A stretch of 32,000 nt of DNA from Candidatus Saccharimonadota bacterium (lineage in GTDB: Bacteria; Patescibacteriota; Saccharimonadia; Saccharimonadales; Saccharimonadaceae), in assembly GCA_002421785.1 (NCBI GenBank), contig DIRZ01000003.1, positions 250,700 to 282,699 of the forward strand, written 5' to 3'. The translations under genes and the position numbers were made by a program. Positions 1-8,519 of this stretch are shown here, piece after piece. The notes under the pieces are model-generated. The model was not told where the DNA came from. It made no database searches and saw only the letters and a list, made by a program, of their open reading frames with translations. The number at the start of each line of letters is the position of its first letter. Position 1 is the first letter of the stretch.

Positions 1-126
1 ACGTTGCGAATAAATTTAGGGTCTTTCATAAAATAGTGGCCTGTGCATTTCGACAGACCTTCCTCTTGTAAACCATTATACCACAAACAGGTAGGTTTAA
101 CTAGTAGCTGACTATAGGCTGAGCTA

Positions 127-714
127 TTACATACTTAATTCAATTGAACAAATATTCCCATTAACGTAATACCCGGTCACCCATTCTACCGAGCTGCCAG
201 GACAGTCGTCAGCGGGCACCGCAAATGACACCGATGCAGCCCTATAGAGGGCAGAGCCAAGGCGTGTATACCAGTACCCTCGCACCGCATGCTGATACCC
301 GTCTGTATCGCTTAGCTGGATTACCGGATATGACATTGCGCCACTGCTGATTGTCGTCGACAGTAGTGAGCTCATGCTCGTCGGGCTTTGAACACTGGCC
401 TGGTCCCATACAGTGGCGCCCTGCCGTATATTCCAACAACGCGTAGCATTATTCGTGGCAGTGGCTGGAAAAAGCGCTGCGTCACCAAAGCACGACATGG
501 AAAAGTTCGGAAATGAGCCGGCGCTCTGTCCGTACATGACTACAGCCGTAGCCAACTGCTTTGCATTCGCATAAATGGCTGCGGTTCTACTACGCTTTTG
601 GATGCCACTTGCCGTTGTGACCGAGAGAGTAACCAGGATTCCAATCACAACAATAACGATGAGAAGCTCGACAATCGTAAAGCCGCGTCCGATTGCACGT
701 GGTATTCCGCTCAT
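127..714 (-). CDS. type IV pilin-like protein (prepilin-type N-terminal cleavage/methylation domain)
   Basis: ORF 127..861 trimmed to the ATG at 714, because the upstream part of the ORF reads through the tRNA-Ala gene. The N-terminus MSGIPRAIGRGFTIVELLIVIVVIGILVTL is a classic prepilin leader: G|FT..E followed by a hydrophobic helix. Confidence 0.8.
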   Translation of the reverse strand: MSGIPRAIGRGFTIVELLIVIVVIGILVTLSVTTASGIQKRSRTAAIYANAKQLATAVVMYGQSAGSFPNFSMSCFGDAALFPATATNNATRCWNIRQGATVWDQASVQSPTSMSSLLSTTISSGAMSYPVIQLSDTDGYQHAVRGYWYTRLGSALYRAASVSFAVPADDCPGSSVEWVTGYYVNGNICSIELSM

Positions 715-758
715 ACTAATATCATAGCACGAGCATTTGCATCCAATACATTGAAAAA

Positions 759-834
759 TGGTGGAGCACAGGAGATTCGAACTCCTCACCTCTTCCATGC
801 CATGGAAGCGCTCTACCAAATGAGCTAGTGCCCC
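759..834 (-). tRNA. tRNA-Ala (anticodon GGC), CCA encoded
   Basis: Reverse complement is GGGGCACTAGCTCATTTGGTAGAGCGCTTCCATGGCATGGAAGAGGTGAGGAGTTCGAATCTCCTGTGCTCCACCA. It folds as a cloverleaf with acceptor GGGGCAC/GTGCTCC carrying the G3:U70 Ala identity pair. The anticodon stem is CTTCC/GGAAG with loop ATGGCAT, and the T-loop is TTCGAAT. Confidence 0.9.
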
Positions 835-845
835 GCGTCTATGCA

Positions 846-854
846 AGTATATCA
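846..854 (-). promoter_or_regulatory. candidate extended -10 promoter element for tRNA-Ala
   Basis: The minus strand reads TGATATACT (TGn + TATACT) about 12 nt upstream of the tRNA 5' end. No good -35 element is present. Confidence 0.35.
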
Positions 855-883
855 AATACACTTCCTGGCTGGGAAGTGTATTT
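854..883. repeat. perfect 12-bp inverted repeat (AAATACACTTCC-N6-GGAAGTGTATTT)
   Basis: Read directly from the sequence: arms at 854-865 and 872-883, loop TGGCTG. It lies in the divergent region between tRNA-Ala (-) and the 1011 gene (+), so no upstream gene on either strand could use it as a terminator. Confidence 0.6.
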
Positions 884-1010
884 GTGCTGCTACGCGCCCA
901 CCCGGGGCACGGATTTTGTTTTTCATGTTTATGTTGTCAAACGCATCGGGCTACCCCGTTTGCGTACCAGCATACGACTAGTATGCCGTAAAAATCATTA
1001 AAACACAAGC

Positions 1011-1283
1011 ATGTTATACTACGTCGTAGCTATGAACAAAAAACAAAAAAATATCCAACCAGTTGAAGCCGCCGCTTGGGCGGGTACCGCTCTGATTATC
1101 ATCGGCTATGGACTCTTTAGCCTTGGCTTGTTGCCAAGCGCGCTGCCCTACCATGTAATGAACCTTTTGGGCTCGGCTGCAGTCGCAGCAATATCCTACC
1201 GACGCAAAGTATGGCAGCCCTTTGTCGTCAACGCATGCTTCACTGTTTTTGCCGCTTTCGCCATCATGCTCTCCCTTGCATAA
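1011..1283 (+). CDS. small integral membrane protein (2-3 TM helices), function unknown
   Basis: 90-aa ORF starting at an ATG, with an alternative ATG at 1032 (MNKKQKN...). It has hydrophobic helices (AAAWAGTALIIIGYGLFSLGLL, ACFTVFAAFAIMLSLA). From memory it resembles the small CBU_0592-type membrane proteins; this is not verified. Confidence 0.55.
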   Translation: MLYYVVAMNKKQKNIQPVEAAAWAGTALIIIGYGLFSLGLLPSALPYHVMNLLGSAAVAAISYRRKVWQPFVVNACFTVFAAFAIMLSLA

Positions 1284-1459
1284 TATTGCACTATCTTTTC
1301 TGCTTTAATTGTGTTTAACTAAAGATGTTCAGAAGTACAAGCGAGAAAAGCGAGTAGTTCTCACTCAAGTGAAAACTCTTTCTTACACAAAATTCGCCGA
1401 AATGGTCGATCTGACAAAGTAAAAGAAGAATTTTAGTATAAGAAAAGAGAATTACAATT

Positions 1460-1804
1460 ATGGCTAAACAAAACCTATTTATCGGTAGTCTTGCATATGC
1501 AACAACCGACGACTCACTCAAAGCATTTTTCGAAACCGTTGGACCTGTTTCTAGCGCACGCGTTATCACTGACCGCGAAAGCGGCCGCAGCAAGGGCTTC
1601 GGCTTTGTTGAATTCGAAAACGAAGACGACAACCAAAAAGCTGTTGACCAGCTAAACGGCAAAGACCTTGACGGTCGCGCAATCGCTGTTAGCATTGCAC
1701 GTCCAAAAGAAGATCGCCCACAGGGCGGCAACGGCGGCGGTTACCGTGGCGGCAACGACCGTGGCGGCAACGGCGGCGGTTCTTTCCGTCAGCGTAGCTG
1801 GTAG
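1460..1804 (+). CDS. RRM-type RNA-binding protein with Gly/Arg-rich C-terminal tail
   Basis: RNP-2 motif LFIGSL and RNP-1 motif KGFGFVEF are present. The tail reads GGNGGGYRGGNDRGGNGGGSFRQRSW. Confidence 0.9.
   Translation: MAKQNLFIGSLAYATTDDSLKAFFETVGPVSSARVITDRESGRSKGFGFVEFENEDDNQKAVDQLNGKDLDGRAIAVSIARPKEDRPQGGNGGGYRGGNDRGGNGGGSFRQRSW
1724..1780 (+). repeat. exact 18-nt direct repeat (GGCGGCAACGGCGGCGGT) inside the Gly-rich tail coding region
   Basis: Copies at 1724-1741 and 1763-1780, separated by 21 nt. They encode the repeated GGNGGG units. Confidence 0.7.
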
Positions 1805-1822
1805 TCTTACTACCTTCGCATT

Positions 1823-1851
1823 AAATAACCTCGGCACTCCCGAGGTTATTT
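1823..1851. terminator. bidirectional intrinsic terminator between convergent genes
   Basis: AAATAACCTCGG-CACTC-CCGAGGTTATTT forms a 12-bp stem with A/T-rich flanks on both strands. It lies between the RRM gene (+) and the ABC gene (-) and overlaps the last codons of the ABC gene. Confidence 0.7.
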
Positions 1852-3663
1852 AATTTGGCTTTCAAACATGCGGTAAAACGCGCCGCGCCTGGCAATAAGC
1901 TCCTGTGCAGTCCCCTGTTCAATCAGCTCCCCATCCTGCAGCATGTAGACGACATCGGCTTTTTCTACAGTTGTTAATCGGTGACTAATCGTAATAATTG
2001 TTTTGTCCTGCATCGCAAATAAATGCTTAAAAATTCGGCTTTCTGCCAGCGCGTCAATTGCACTTGTCGGTTCATCAAGAATGATAATCGGTGCATCCCT
2101 GTAGAAATTTCGCGCCAAAGCCACTCGTTGCCATTGCCCGCCAGACAAATCTTGGCCCTTGTTTCCCTTATCATCTTCCATCCACTGATCAACATAATTT
2201 GCGAGCCCGCGCGGCAATTTGTGCAAAAACCCGGCTTCCGCAGTCGTAATAGCGCGCGCTAACCTGGCCTCATCTTCAGGCTGAGAGGTGTCGCCATAAG
2301 TAATATTGTGTCGCGCGTCAGCAAAGTCATAACGCACGAATTCTTGGCCCAACACGCCCAGCAGGCGATGCCACGAAGCAATATCGAACGCACGCAGGGG
2401 TTGATCGTCCAACATAATAGACCCCGTCGTCGGCTGGTATAGCCCCGTAATGATTTTAACGAGTGTAGATTTGCCCGCGCCGTTTTCACCAACGATCGCA
2501 ATATGTTGCCCACGCTCGATTGAGAGGGAAATATTACGCAACACCCGCTGCTCCTGCTGGGGATAGCGGAAGGAAACATCGTCAACTCGCACTACCTGGG
2601 GCACCGATGCAATCTCGCCACCACTTGATTCTGCCTCAGGCAATTCCATGAACACTTGATAGTCAAATAAGTTCGCTATGTCTTCGTCGAGCGAGCTGAT
2701 TGCTCCGACTAGACTTGAAGCACCCCCTAACGCTCGACTCACCACCTGCTGAACGTAAATGAACTGGCCGATAGGCTGCTGGCGCGCAATAATCTGCAGC
2801 GTTACCCACAGCAACGCTACTACTTCTGCACCCGCTTCAAGCACGTCAGTCCCCAGTCGCTTCCAAATATAGCTTCGCTCAAACTCGATACGAGCTTTTT
2901 CGTCTTTGTCACGCATCACCAGGCGCAAATCGAGCAGATGTCGCACGAGCCCGTATAGTCGCAGCTCTGCAATCTTGTCAGGCTGCATAATCCCCCATTC
3001 AATCCAGTTCACCACACGGCGCGCCTCGATGTTATTATTCCAGTGTTTGGTTTGTAGACGGCTGAGCTTCAACTGAATGGCAAGTCCAGGAATAATCGCA
3101 ACGAGTGCAATCAGCGAAAGCCAACCGCTTACAAGCGCGAGCGCAACGATTCCCGCAAACATAGATATAACAGCGGTGACAAGACTACTAAGTCGCTCGA
3201 ATATATAGGGAAAGAACTGACCAAATTTACGCGCTTTATCGTACAAATCAACCGTTGTCTTGTCGTCATACCGCCAAAAGTCGAGACGCAAAAAATGCTC
3301 ATACATTCGATCGGTCATCGCAGCTTCAATCCTGTAGCGCATGGCCTGCGATAAATAATTTTCCAGGCTTCGCCATGCTGTCATAGCAACACCCAACACC
3401 GCCGTAATAACTACATAGGTAATGGCCTGACGCCCAGCGTCGGGCTGGCCCGCGTAGGCGTCTGCCAGCGACGTAGTTGTTGCGGCGGCGAAATAGGTTG
3501 TGACGAGTGGCAAGATTGCGCTCACGAGCGAACCAAATACTTGCACGATCACCGCCAATGGCGCGGCACGATATGTCGTGGCGCCCACACGGAGTAGCGC
3601 GGATAAGTACTGACGCGTCGTCAGCTTAGCTTTATCGTTATTCGAACGACGTCGTCGTGGCAT
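1846..3663 (-). CDS. ABC transporter, fused permease/ATP-binding protein (MsbA-like exporter half-transporter)
   Basis: 605 aa. The N-terminal half is a multi-TM domain. The C-terminal NBD has Walker A GENGAGKST, signature LSGGQWQR and Walker B IIILDEPTSAID. Confidence 0.9.
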   Translation of the reverse strand: MPRRRRSNNDKAKLTTRQYLSALLRVGATTYRAAPLAVIVQVFGSLVSAILPLVTTYFAAATTTSLADAYAGQPDAGRQAITYVVITAVLGVAMTAWRSLENYLSQAMRYRIEAAMTDRMYEHFLRLDFWRYDDKTTVDLYDKARKFGQFFPYIFERLSSLVTAVISMFAGIVALALVSGWLSLIALVAIIPGLAIQLKLSRLQTKHWNNNIEARRVVNWIEWGIMQPDKIAELRLYGLVRHLLDLRLVMRDKDEKARIEFERSYIWKRLGTDVLEAGAEVVALLWVTLQIIARQQPIGQFIYVQQVVSRALGGASSLVGAISSLDEDIANLFDYQVFMELPEAESSGGEIASVPQVVRVDDVSFRYPQQEQRVLRNISLSIERGQHIAIVGENGAGKSTLVKIITGLYQPTTGSIMLDDQPLRAFDIASWHRLLGVLGQEFVRYDFADARHNITYGDTSQPEDEARLARAITTAEAGFLHKLPRGLANYVDQWMEDDKGNKGQDLSGGQWQRVALARNFYRDAPIIILDEPTSAIDALAESRIFKHLFAMQDKTIITISHRLTTVEKADVVYMLQDGELIEQGTAQELIARRGAFYRMFESQIK

Positions 3664-3676
3664 ATATATTATTCTA

Positions 3677-4036
3677 TCATTTTACAAACGGCGAATTGAG
3701 CCAATCCCAGCCTAGGTTGAACCATGCGCTCATAATGCCATAGCCGTTGACTAACCACACGGTTACGACGACCGTCATTGCCGTGAGGAGCCAAAAAATC
3801 GCCTTGATGTACATAGGCTGGGCACGAAGCCATTTTTGCCACGCATGGTAACGACTATGTGTATAGTCATGGACATCACTCGCCCACTGAAACTCACGGG
3901 CTAATATCGACAACCCGATAAACACCACCACCCAACCAGGTCCAGGATATGGTATCATGACCGCGCCAAGGAGTAATACTGACCAGCCGACAAATGCGAC
4001 AAGCGCTTTACGTGTTTTACCCGCTAATCTTGCCAT
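3677..4036 (-). CDS. PGPGW-domain small membrane protein
   Basis: Start moved to the ATG at 4036 (MARLAGKTRK...), since the track start at 4048 is TTG. The signature IPYPGPGWVVVFIGLSILAREFQWA matches the PGPGW transmembrane family, recalled from memory. Confidence 0.65.
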   Translation of the reverse strand: MARLAGKTRKALVAFVGWSVLLLGAVMIPYPGPGWVVVFIGLSILAREFQWASDVHDYTHSRYHAWQKWLRAQPMYIKAIFWLLTAMTVVVTVWLVNGYGIMSAWFNLGWDWLNSPFVK

Positions 4037-4295
4037 ATATCCCCGCAATCTTCTGCTGCAATGAGCTTAGGGCTGGTTGGCTGTAGTAGCTGGGCAGCAC
4101 CTCGCCAGCTAGAATAATAGCTAATAAAACCGCAAACCCGCACATTATTGACGGGATACCAGCGAGCGTCGCCGGATTAATCAGGTTTACGGCAGTAGTC
4201 GGCACAATAAATGCCAGCGCAATTTCGACACCGAACGTTGCTATCATCACCGGTGGAGAAAAACAGCTCAGACGATTCACCTTCATATATCTCAT
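4017..4295 (-). CDS. hypothetical small membrane protein
   Basis: Hydrophobic ORF with possible ATGs at 4295 and 4286. It overlaps the downstream gene by about 20 nt. No recognisable motif, so this is a weak call. Confidence 0.35.
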   Translation of the reverse strand: MRYMKVNRLSCFSPPVMIATFGVEIALAFIVPTTAVNLINPATLAGIPSIMCGFAVLLAIILAGEVLPSYYSQPALSSLQQKIAGIYGKISG

Positions 4296-4338
4296 ACCCT
4301 TGATTATACGCACTTCGGTACCGTTCGGAGATATTTTG

Positions 4339-4378
4339 TTAGTGTAGTATTGACACTTTCTATTCTATGGTTCATACT
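4339..4378 (+). promoter_or_regulatory. nadE promoter overlapped by a candidate NrtR operator
   Basis: -35 TTGACA (4350-4355), 17-nt spacer, -10 CATACT (4373-4378). The 21-bp box TTAGTGT-AGTATTG-ACACTTT (4339-4359) covers the -35 element. Confidence 0.5.
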
Positions 4379-4424
4379 CGCAAGTGAAAAGGCTCAGCCC
4401 TTTGCCATTAACCAAGGAGGATAT

Positions 4425-5237
4425 ATGCGCAAACAACAGCACGACATCATTACAGAACTCGGCAGCCAGCCAACAATCGACCCCGCCTATGAAATAGCGC
4501 GCAGAACTGAGTTTCTCGCAAGCTACTTGGCGAACACTGGCTTAAAAGGCTACATACTGGGCATATCAGGCGGGCAAGACTCGTTACTGGCCGGCATCCT
4601 CGCAAAGCGTGCAGTGGAGCAACGGCGCGAACTTGGCGATGACGCAACATTCCATGCCGTGCTCCTGCCCTATGGCGAACAGGCAGACCGTGCCGATGCG
4701 CTCCTCGCCCTCGAGACCATCCAGCCAGACGTTACCCACGACATCAACATCAAACCTGCGACCGATGCATTCGTGGAGTCATTCAACAGCTTAGGCGACC
4801 GTCCGCTCACCGATTTCAACAAAGGTAATGTAAAAGCACGCATGCGGATGATTGCTCAGTACGCGCTCGCTGGCCAACATAAACTGCTCGTGCTCGGCAC
4901 CGATCACGCAGCCGAAGCGGTGACTGGCTTCTTCACGAAATTTGGTGACGGAGGAGCTGACGTCCTGCCGCTCTCCGGTCTTACGAAGCGGCAAGGCCGA
5001 CAAATGCTCGCACAGCTCGGTGTGCCCGAAGTGTTTATTCGTAAGCAGCCAACAGCCGATTTACTCGACGCTCGTCCTGGTCAGCCGGATGAAACCGAAC
5101 TTGCGCTAAGCTACGAAACCATCGACGATTACCTAGAAGGACGGTCTGTCGATGAGCGCGCGGCAGAACAAATCGAACAACGCTTTGCAGCCACTATCCA
5201 TAAGCGCAGTCTTCCCGTGGCTGCGCCTAGCCTGTAA
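4425..5237 (+). CDS. nadE: NH3-dependent NAD+ synthetase
   Basis: Start set to the ATG at 4425, preceded by AAGGAGG; the track start at 4350 is a TTG inside the promoter. The PP-loop motif GISGGQDS is present, and the ~270-aa length is typical of single-domain NadE. Confidence 0.9.
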   Translation: MRKQQHDIITELGSQPTIDPAYEIARRTEFLASYLANTGLKGYILGISGGQDSLLAGILAKRAVEQRRELGDDATFHAVLLPYGEQADRADALLALETIQPDVTHDINIKPATDAFVESFNSLGDRPLTDFNKGNVKARMRMIAQYALAGQHKLLVLGTDHAAEAVTGFFTKFGDGGADVLPLSGLTKRQGRQMLAQLGVPEVFIRKQPTADLLDARPGQPDETELALSYETIDDYLEGRSVDERAAEQIEQRFAATIHKRSLPVAAPSL

Positions 5238-5269
5238 ACGCTGGCTAAAACTCGCCCATTCATGTAGAC

Positions 5270-5290
5270 TTAGTGTATGAAATACAGTAC
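5270..5290 (+). promoter_or_regulatory. weaker NrtR-box-like site overlapping the nrtR start codon
   Basis: TTAGTGT-ATGAAAT-ACAGTAC. The left arm is perfect and the right arm matches 5 of 7 positions. The ATG of nrtR lies at 5277, inside the spacer. Confidence 0.3.
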
Positions 5291-5954
5291 ACCTTATGTA
5301 CCCCCTACACTAACGGTTGACGCCGTCATCTTCCAATTGAACGGCACCGAACTCGAAGTACTGCTGACACAGCGACAAGAAGAGCCGTTTAAAGGGGAGT
5401 GGGCGCTACCCGGCGGCTACAACCCATCAGGTCAAACAACCCTCGAAGCCCTGTCGGCAATTGTTCGGCGCAAAGTCGGCCTTGACCTCGATGCCCAGCT
5501 TCCCTACATTGAGCAGCTGTATACCTTTGACACCGTTGCCCGTGACCCCCGTGGCCACGCAGTCTCGGTGACCTACATGGGCTGCGGCCGAGCCATCGAA
5601 CTAAGTGGTGGTAGCCAAAATGCAGAATTCTTCCCCGTCGACCGACTGCCTGGCCTGGCATACGACCATGAAAAGATTATCGAATATGCACGGGACCGCC
5701 TAGGCGCAAAGCTTACCTACACCAATGCCGTTTCTGGCCTACTGGAATCTAAATTTACTCTTAGCCAGCTACAGACCGCCTACGAAGCCGTCATGGGACG
5801 CGAAATCGATAAACGAAACTTCCGTAAAAAATTCCTGAGCCTTGGGCTCATTCACGAAACGCCAGACATGTGGCGCGAAGGCGCTCACCGCCCCGCTAAG
5901 CTCTACGCCTTCAACAACGAATCACTCGAAGTGCTCGCTCGTAGCTTCGAATAA
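5277..5954 (+). CDS. nrtR: NrtR-family Nudix-related transcriptional regulator (N-terminal Nudix-like domain + C-terminal winged helix)
   Basis: The Nudix-like N-domain contains GEWALPGG and a degenerate Nudix box. The C-terminal ~80 aa (FTLSQLQTAYEAVMGREIDKRNFRKKFLSLGLI) is the characteristic NrtR wHTH. It sits in an NAD gene cluster. Confidence 0.8.
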   Translation: MKYSTPYVPPTLTVDAVIFQLNGTELEVLLTQRQEEPFKGEWALPGGYNPSGQTTLEALSAIVRRKVGLDLDAQLPYIEQLYTFDTVARDPRGHAVSVTYMGCGRAIELSGGSQNAEFFPVDRLPGLAYDHEKIIEYARDRLGAKLTYTNAVSGLLESKFTLSQLQTAYEAVMGREIDKRNFRKKFLSLGLIHETPDMWREGAHRPAKLYAFNNESLEVLARSFE

Positions 5955-5958
5955 GCTC

Positions 5959-7512
5959 CTACGCGTCGTACGGTGTACGCTTTTGAGCCACAAGAAGTGT
6001 ATTTGTCGTGGGCTGCGGTAATTCGTTTAGCGATCCATCAACGCGCTCATACACACGACCTGCCGGTACGAACCGGTTGTCAATCAACCAAGGATTAGTG
6101 ATCCGACGTGAAGCGGCTGTCATAACAAAGCCTGCAGCTTCCAGCACCTCACACCACTCTTCGTGAGAGTAAAAGCAGAATTTTTCATGCATCTCACTCC
6201 GCCAGCTCGTCAAATAATCTTTTTTGGCCAAAAATTCACACAAGTCACCGTGCGACATCACTGCATACTCAGTGCCATCAACATACTCACGACGCACTAC
6301 AATACCATCACCTTCGTCCTGACGAAAATCACGCTCAAACCGACGAAGCCTCGCAGCAGTCGAGAGCGTCCCCAAAAAGCCAGCCAGTTCATCGCCCTCA
6401 AGCTCCCACTGCAGATCATCAGGATTTTCGCCATCATCACTTGTAGGCGCGAAGTATACTTCCTTTGTCCGATCATCTGGCCCGACCACATCGTAATTAA
6501 TGTAGACGCCTCCCGGGGCAAGCATATCGTGAGCGCGCGCAATAAACTGATGCAGTGCGTCGTGCCCCAGGTATGACTCCACTTCATGCGTCAACGCCAT
6601 CGTGATAACCGTCGTAAGAGACGCTGGCTTAAATAACTCACTCTGCATAATATTACGTTGGTAAAAATACACATTCGTGTCGCCAAATTCTCCGTTTGTC
6701 TTGCGCTGCTGGCAAATCTCGTAGAGTGGCCGTGCTGCTTCGACCCCATAGAAATCTGATTCGAATAACTCCGGGCGCTCGCCGAGCAACTTGATAGTCT
6801 GCCCAGTCGCACATCCCACATCAAGTATTTTGCCTGGCAGCACATAGTCAGCGAAGTCGTTCACTTTGCGCCACGCATTATCTTCGAATGCCGCACGGTA
6901 TGATGTATAGTCACGGGAAAGCGTAATATCACCGTCGTCCGACCCAATAAGGGGATCAGCGTAGATTGTTTGCACTAGCTCTGCCACAGCATATCGCTCG
7001 TAAAGCGTTTTGCACACTGGGTGCATCGCTTCGGTAATTGTCGGGTCAGCACTCCACTCAGGGCCACGCGCGATAATACGCCTCACGACATCCCAGGGCA
7101 TCTCGGCCCGAGATTCCTGCTCGACGGTCGCGATACCAAAGCCAAGGGATTCGTACTGCGCGATGACCGCATCAGTCGAGCATGCAACGATAGTGTTGTC
7201 TGGCCGCATATCCACGCGACCACTCGTCTGTGTGCGAATTTCTTCGATGAGGTAATGCGCAAAGTTGGAACGGTATCGTACGTTGCTAATCAGATACACT
7301 TGGCTCGGCAACTGCTCTACGGCTGCGACAGCTTCAATCATACCGAGTCGTCGCGCGCCTGCAATAGGGTTACGCTGCGTACCAGTATGATCTGCCGACG
7401 TCACAGCCCAAACGACCTCGGCATCTGGGTATTGCGCCAATAGGTTCTTCAGGTAGGCCGCCTGAAAACGCGTCACAAGGTGGTGCCGACCCGGTATCAG
7501 CACGTATTTCAC
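5959..7512 (-). CDS. fusion protein: archaeal-NMNAT (NadM)-like nucleotidyltransferase-fold domain + class I SAM-dependent methyltransferase
   Basis: GTG start overlapping the upstream stop (GTGA). The N-terminus MKYVLIPGRHHLVTRFQ...VWAVTSADHTGTQRNPIAGARRLGMI aligns by eye with archaeal NMNAT (GRFQPFHKGH...IGSAQ.SHT..NPFTAGER). The canonical H-x-G-H motif is not present. The C-terminal half has SAM motif I, ILDVGCATGQT. Confidence 0.75.
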   Translation of the reverse strand: MKYVLIPGRHHLVTRFQAAYLKNLLAQYPDAEVVWAVTSADHTGTQRNPIAGARRLGMIEAVAAVEQLPSQVYLISNVRYRSNFAHYLIEEIRTQTSGRVDMRPDNTIVACSTDAVIAQYESLGFGIATVEQESRAEMPWDVVRRIIARGPEWSADPTITEAMHPVCKTLYERYAVAELVQTIYADPLIGSDDGDITLSRDYTSYRAAFEDNAWRKVNDFADYVLPGKILDVGCATGQTIKLLGERPELFESDFYGVEAARPLYEICQQRKTNGEFGDTNVYFYQRNIMQSELFKPASLTTVITMALTHEVESYLGHDALHQFIARAHDMLAPGGVYINYDVVGPDDRTKEVYFAPTSDDGENPDDLQWELEGDELAGFLGTLSTAARLRRFERDFRQDEGDGIVVRREYVDGTEYAVMSHGDLCEFLAKKDYLTSWRSEMHEKFCFYSHEEWCEVLEAAGFVMTAASRRITNPWLIDNRFVPAGRVYERVDGSLNELPQPTTNTLLVAQKRTPYDA

Positions 7513-8519
7513 GAATTCTGTAACGCTCTCTGCGCAAATTCGTGCGATAGACGCGTCAATCGCTCGTAATCTTGCACCTGTTCGAACCCGGTAGGGGTCA
7601 CGAATTCACCCGATGCGTGCGCATTTGCCATCGTGCCAGCAATCGAAGCGATACTGTCGGTATCACCCCCCAGGTTAACCGCGTAGTTCACCGCGGTCGT
7701 GTAATCACCTCGGGCAGCCACCAGCACATCATAGGTCATCGCTACCGTACTAGGTACAAAAAATCCATAGCGTCCATTAGCATGCCCGATGGCGTAACGG
7801 CCAACGAGCTGTGTCAGCGACGTCACAGGAAAACGCATGGCGCGCTCAATTCGACCCTTTGGATCGGCGTTCGGTTCACTCGCCAGGACATCAAGCGCTT
7901 TCGTTCGGAACGCATCTAGCGATGCATCTGGATGTTCCAGTAGCCAATGTGTCACCTCGCCGTGTAGTCGCGTACACGCGCGAGCAATCTCACTATCATG
8001 CGTCATCGTGGTTAACTCGTCATACTGCTGCCGGCGTGTGGGCTCGTCAATTTGCCGAGCGACCTGCCAATAGACGAGAGGCGCCATCTTCATCAATATA
8101 CCGTTCCCGGCACCTTCTGGTTCTCCTGATTCAAGTGGGGACATGCCCGCTGCCATACGCTCCATGCTAGCAGTCGTCGACCCTCCCCAGCCGCGTACCG
8201 ACCACTCGCCTTTGTAGTTTTTGGTCTTCGTTATCGCATGGTATGCGCTCAAATGTGCTTCGGCTTGCGCATCGATATCAAACCCATCTGCTGCCAACAG
8301 GCCTTCGGCCACCGCAACTGACAACTGCGTGTCGTCGCTCGTCGTGCCAGCAGGGAAATTACCCGGGTAGTAGGGATTGTGAAGTGGTGGAATTAAATGG
8401 TCAAGCCGGCCATACCGCCCCGCAATTTCAGATGCTGACATCGTTTCAGTGGGGAGCCCCATTGCATCGCCATACGCAATCGAGGGTAATAACCGTTCGC
8501 CAACACGTTTCATCGTCAT
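7509..8519 (-). CDS. ADP-ribosylglycohydrolase family protein (DraG/ARH-like)
   Basis: Start set to the ATG at 8519, which forms an ATGA overlap with the upstream stop. Motifs AYGDAMGLPTE, TSDDTQL and GGDTDSIASIAG are the di-metal site signatures of the ARH family. Confidence 0.85.
   Translation of the reverse strand: MTMKRVGERLLPSIAYGDAMGLPTETMSASEIAGRYGRLDHLIPPLHNPYYPGNFPAGTTSDDTQLSVAVAEGLLAADGFDIDAQAEAHLSAYHAITKTKNYKGEWSVRGWGGSTTASMERMAAGMSPLESGEPEGAGNGILMKMAPLVYWQVARQIDEPTRRQQYDELTTMTHDSEIARACTRLHGEVTHWLLEHPDASLDAFRTKALDVLASEPNADPKGRIERAMRFPVTSLTQLVGRYAIGHANGRYGFFVPSTVAMTYDVLVAARGDYTTAVNYAVNLGGDTDSIASIAGTMANAHASGEFVTPTGFEQVQDYERLTRLSHEFAQRALQNS

Noticed and set aside
1-126. Possible extended -10 promoter (TGGTATAAT, minus strand, 75-83), an imperfect hairpin (39-60) and an ATG at 28 reading out of the window
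   Set aside because: Only 9 codons are visible and there is no clear RBS, so this is insufficient to call a gene or leader.
715-861. N-terminal extension of the pilin ORF in the track
   Set aside because: The extension translates straight through the tRNA-Ala gene (ALAHLVERFHGMEEVRSSNL is a tRNA read as protein). The true start is the ATG at 714, immediately before the prepilin leader. The same applies to 18476..18571, which reads through tRNA-Leu.
1315-1731. 138-aa minus-strand ORF overlapping the RRM gene and its 5' UTR
   Set aside because: The plus-strand frame carries unmistakable RNP-1 and RNP-2 motifs, so the minus ORF is a shadow ORF.
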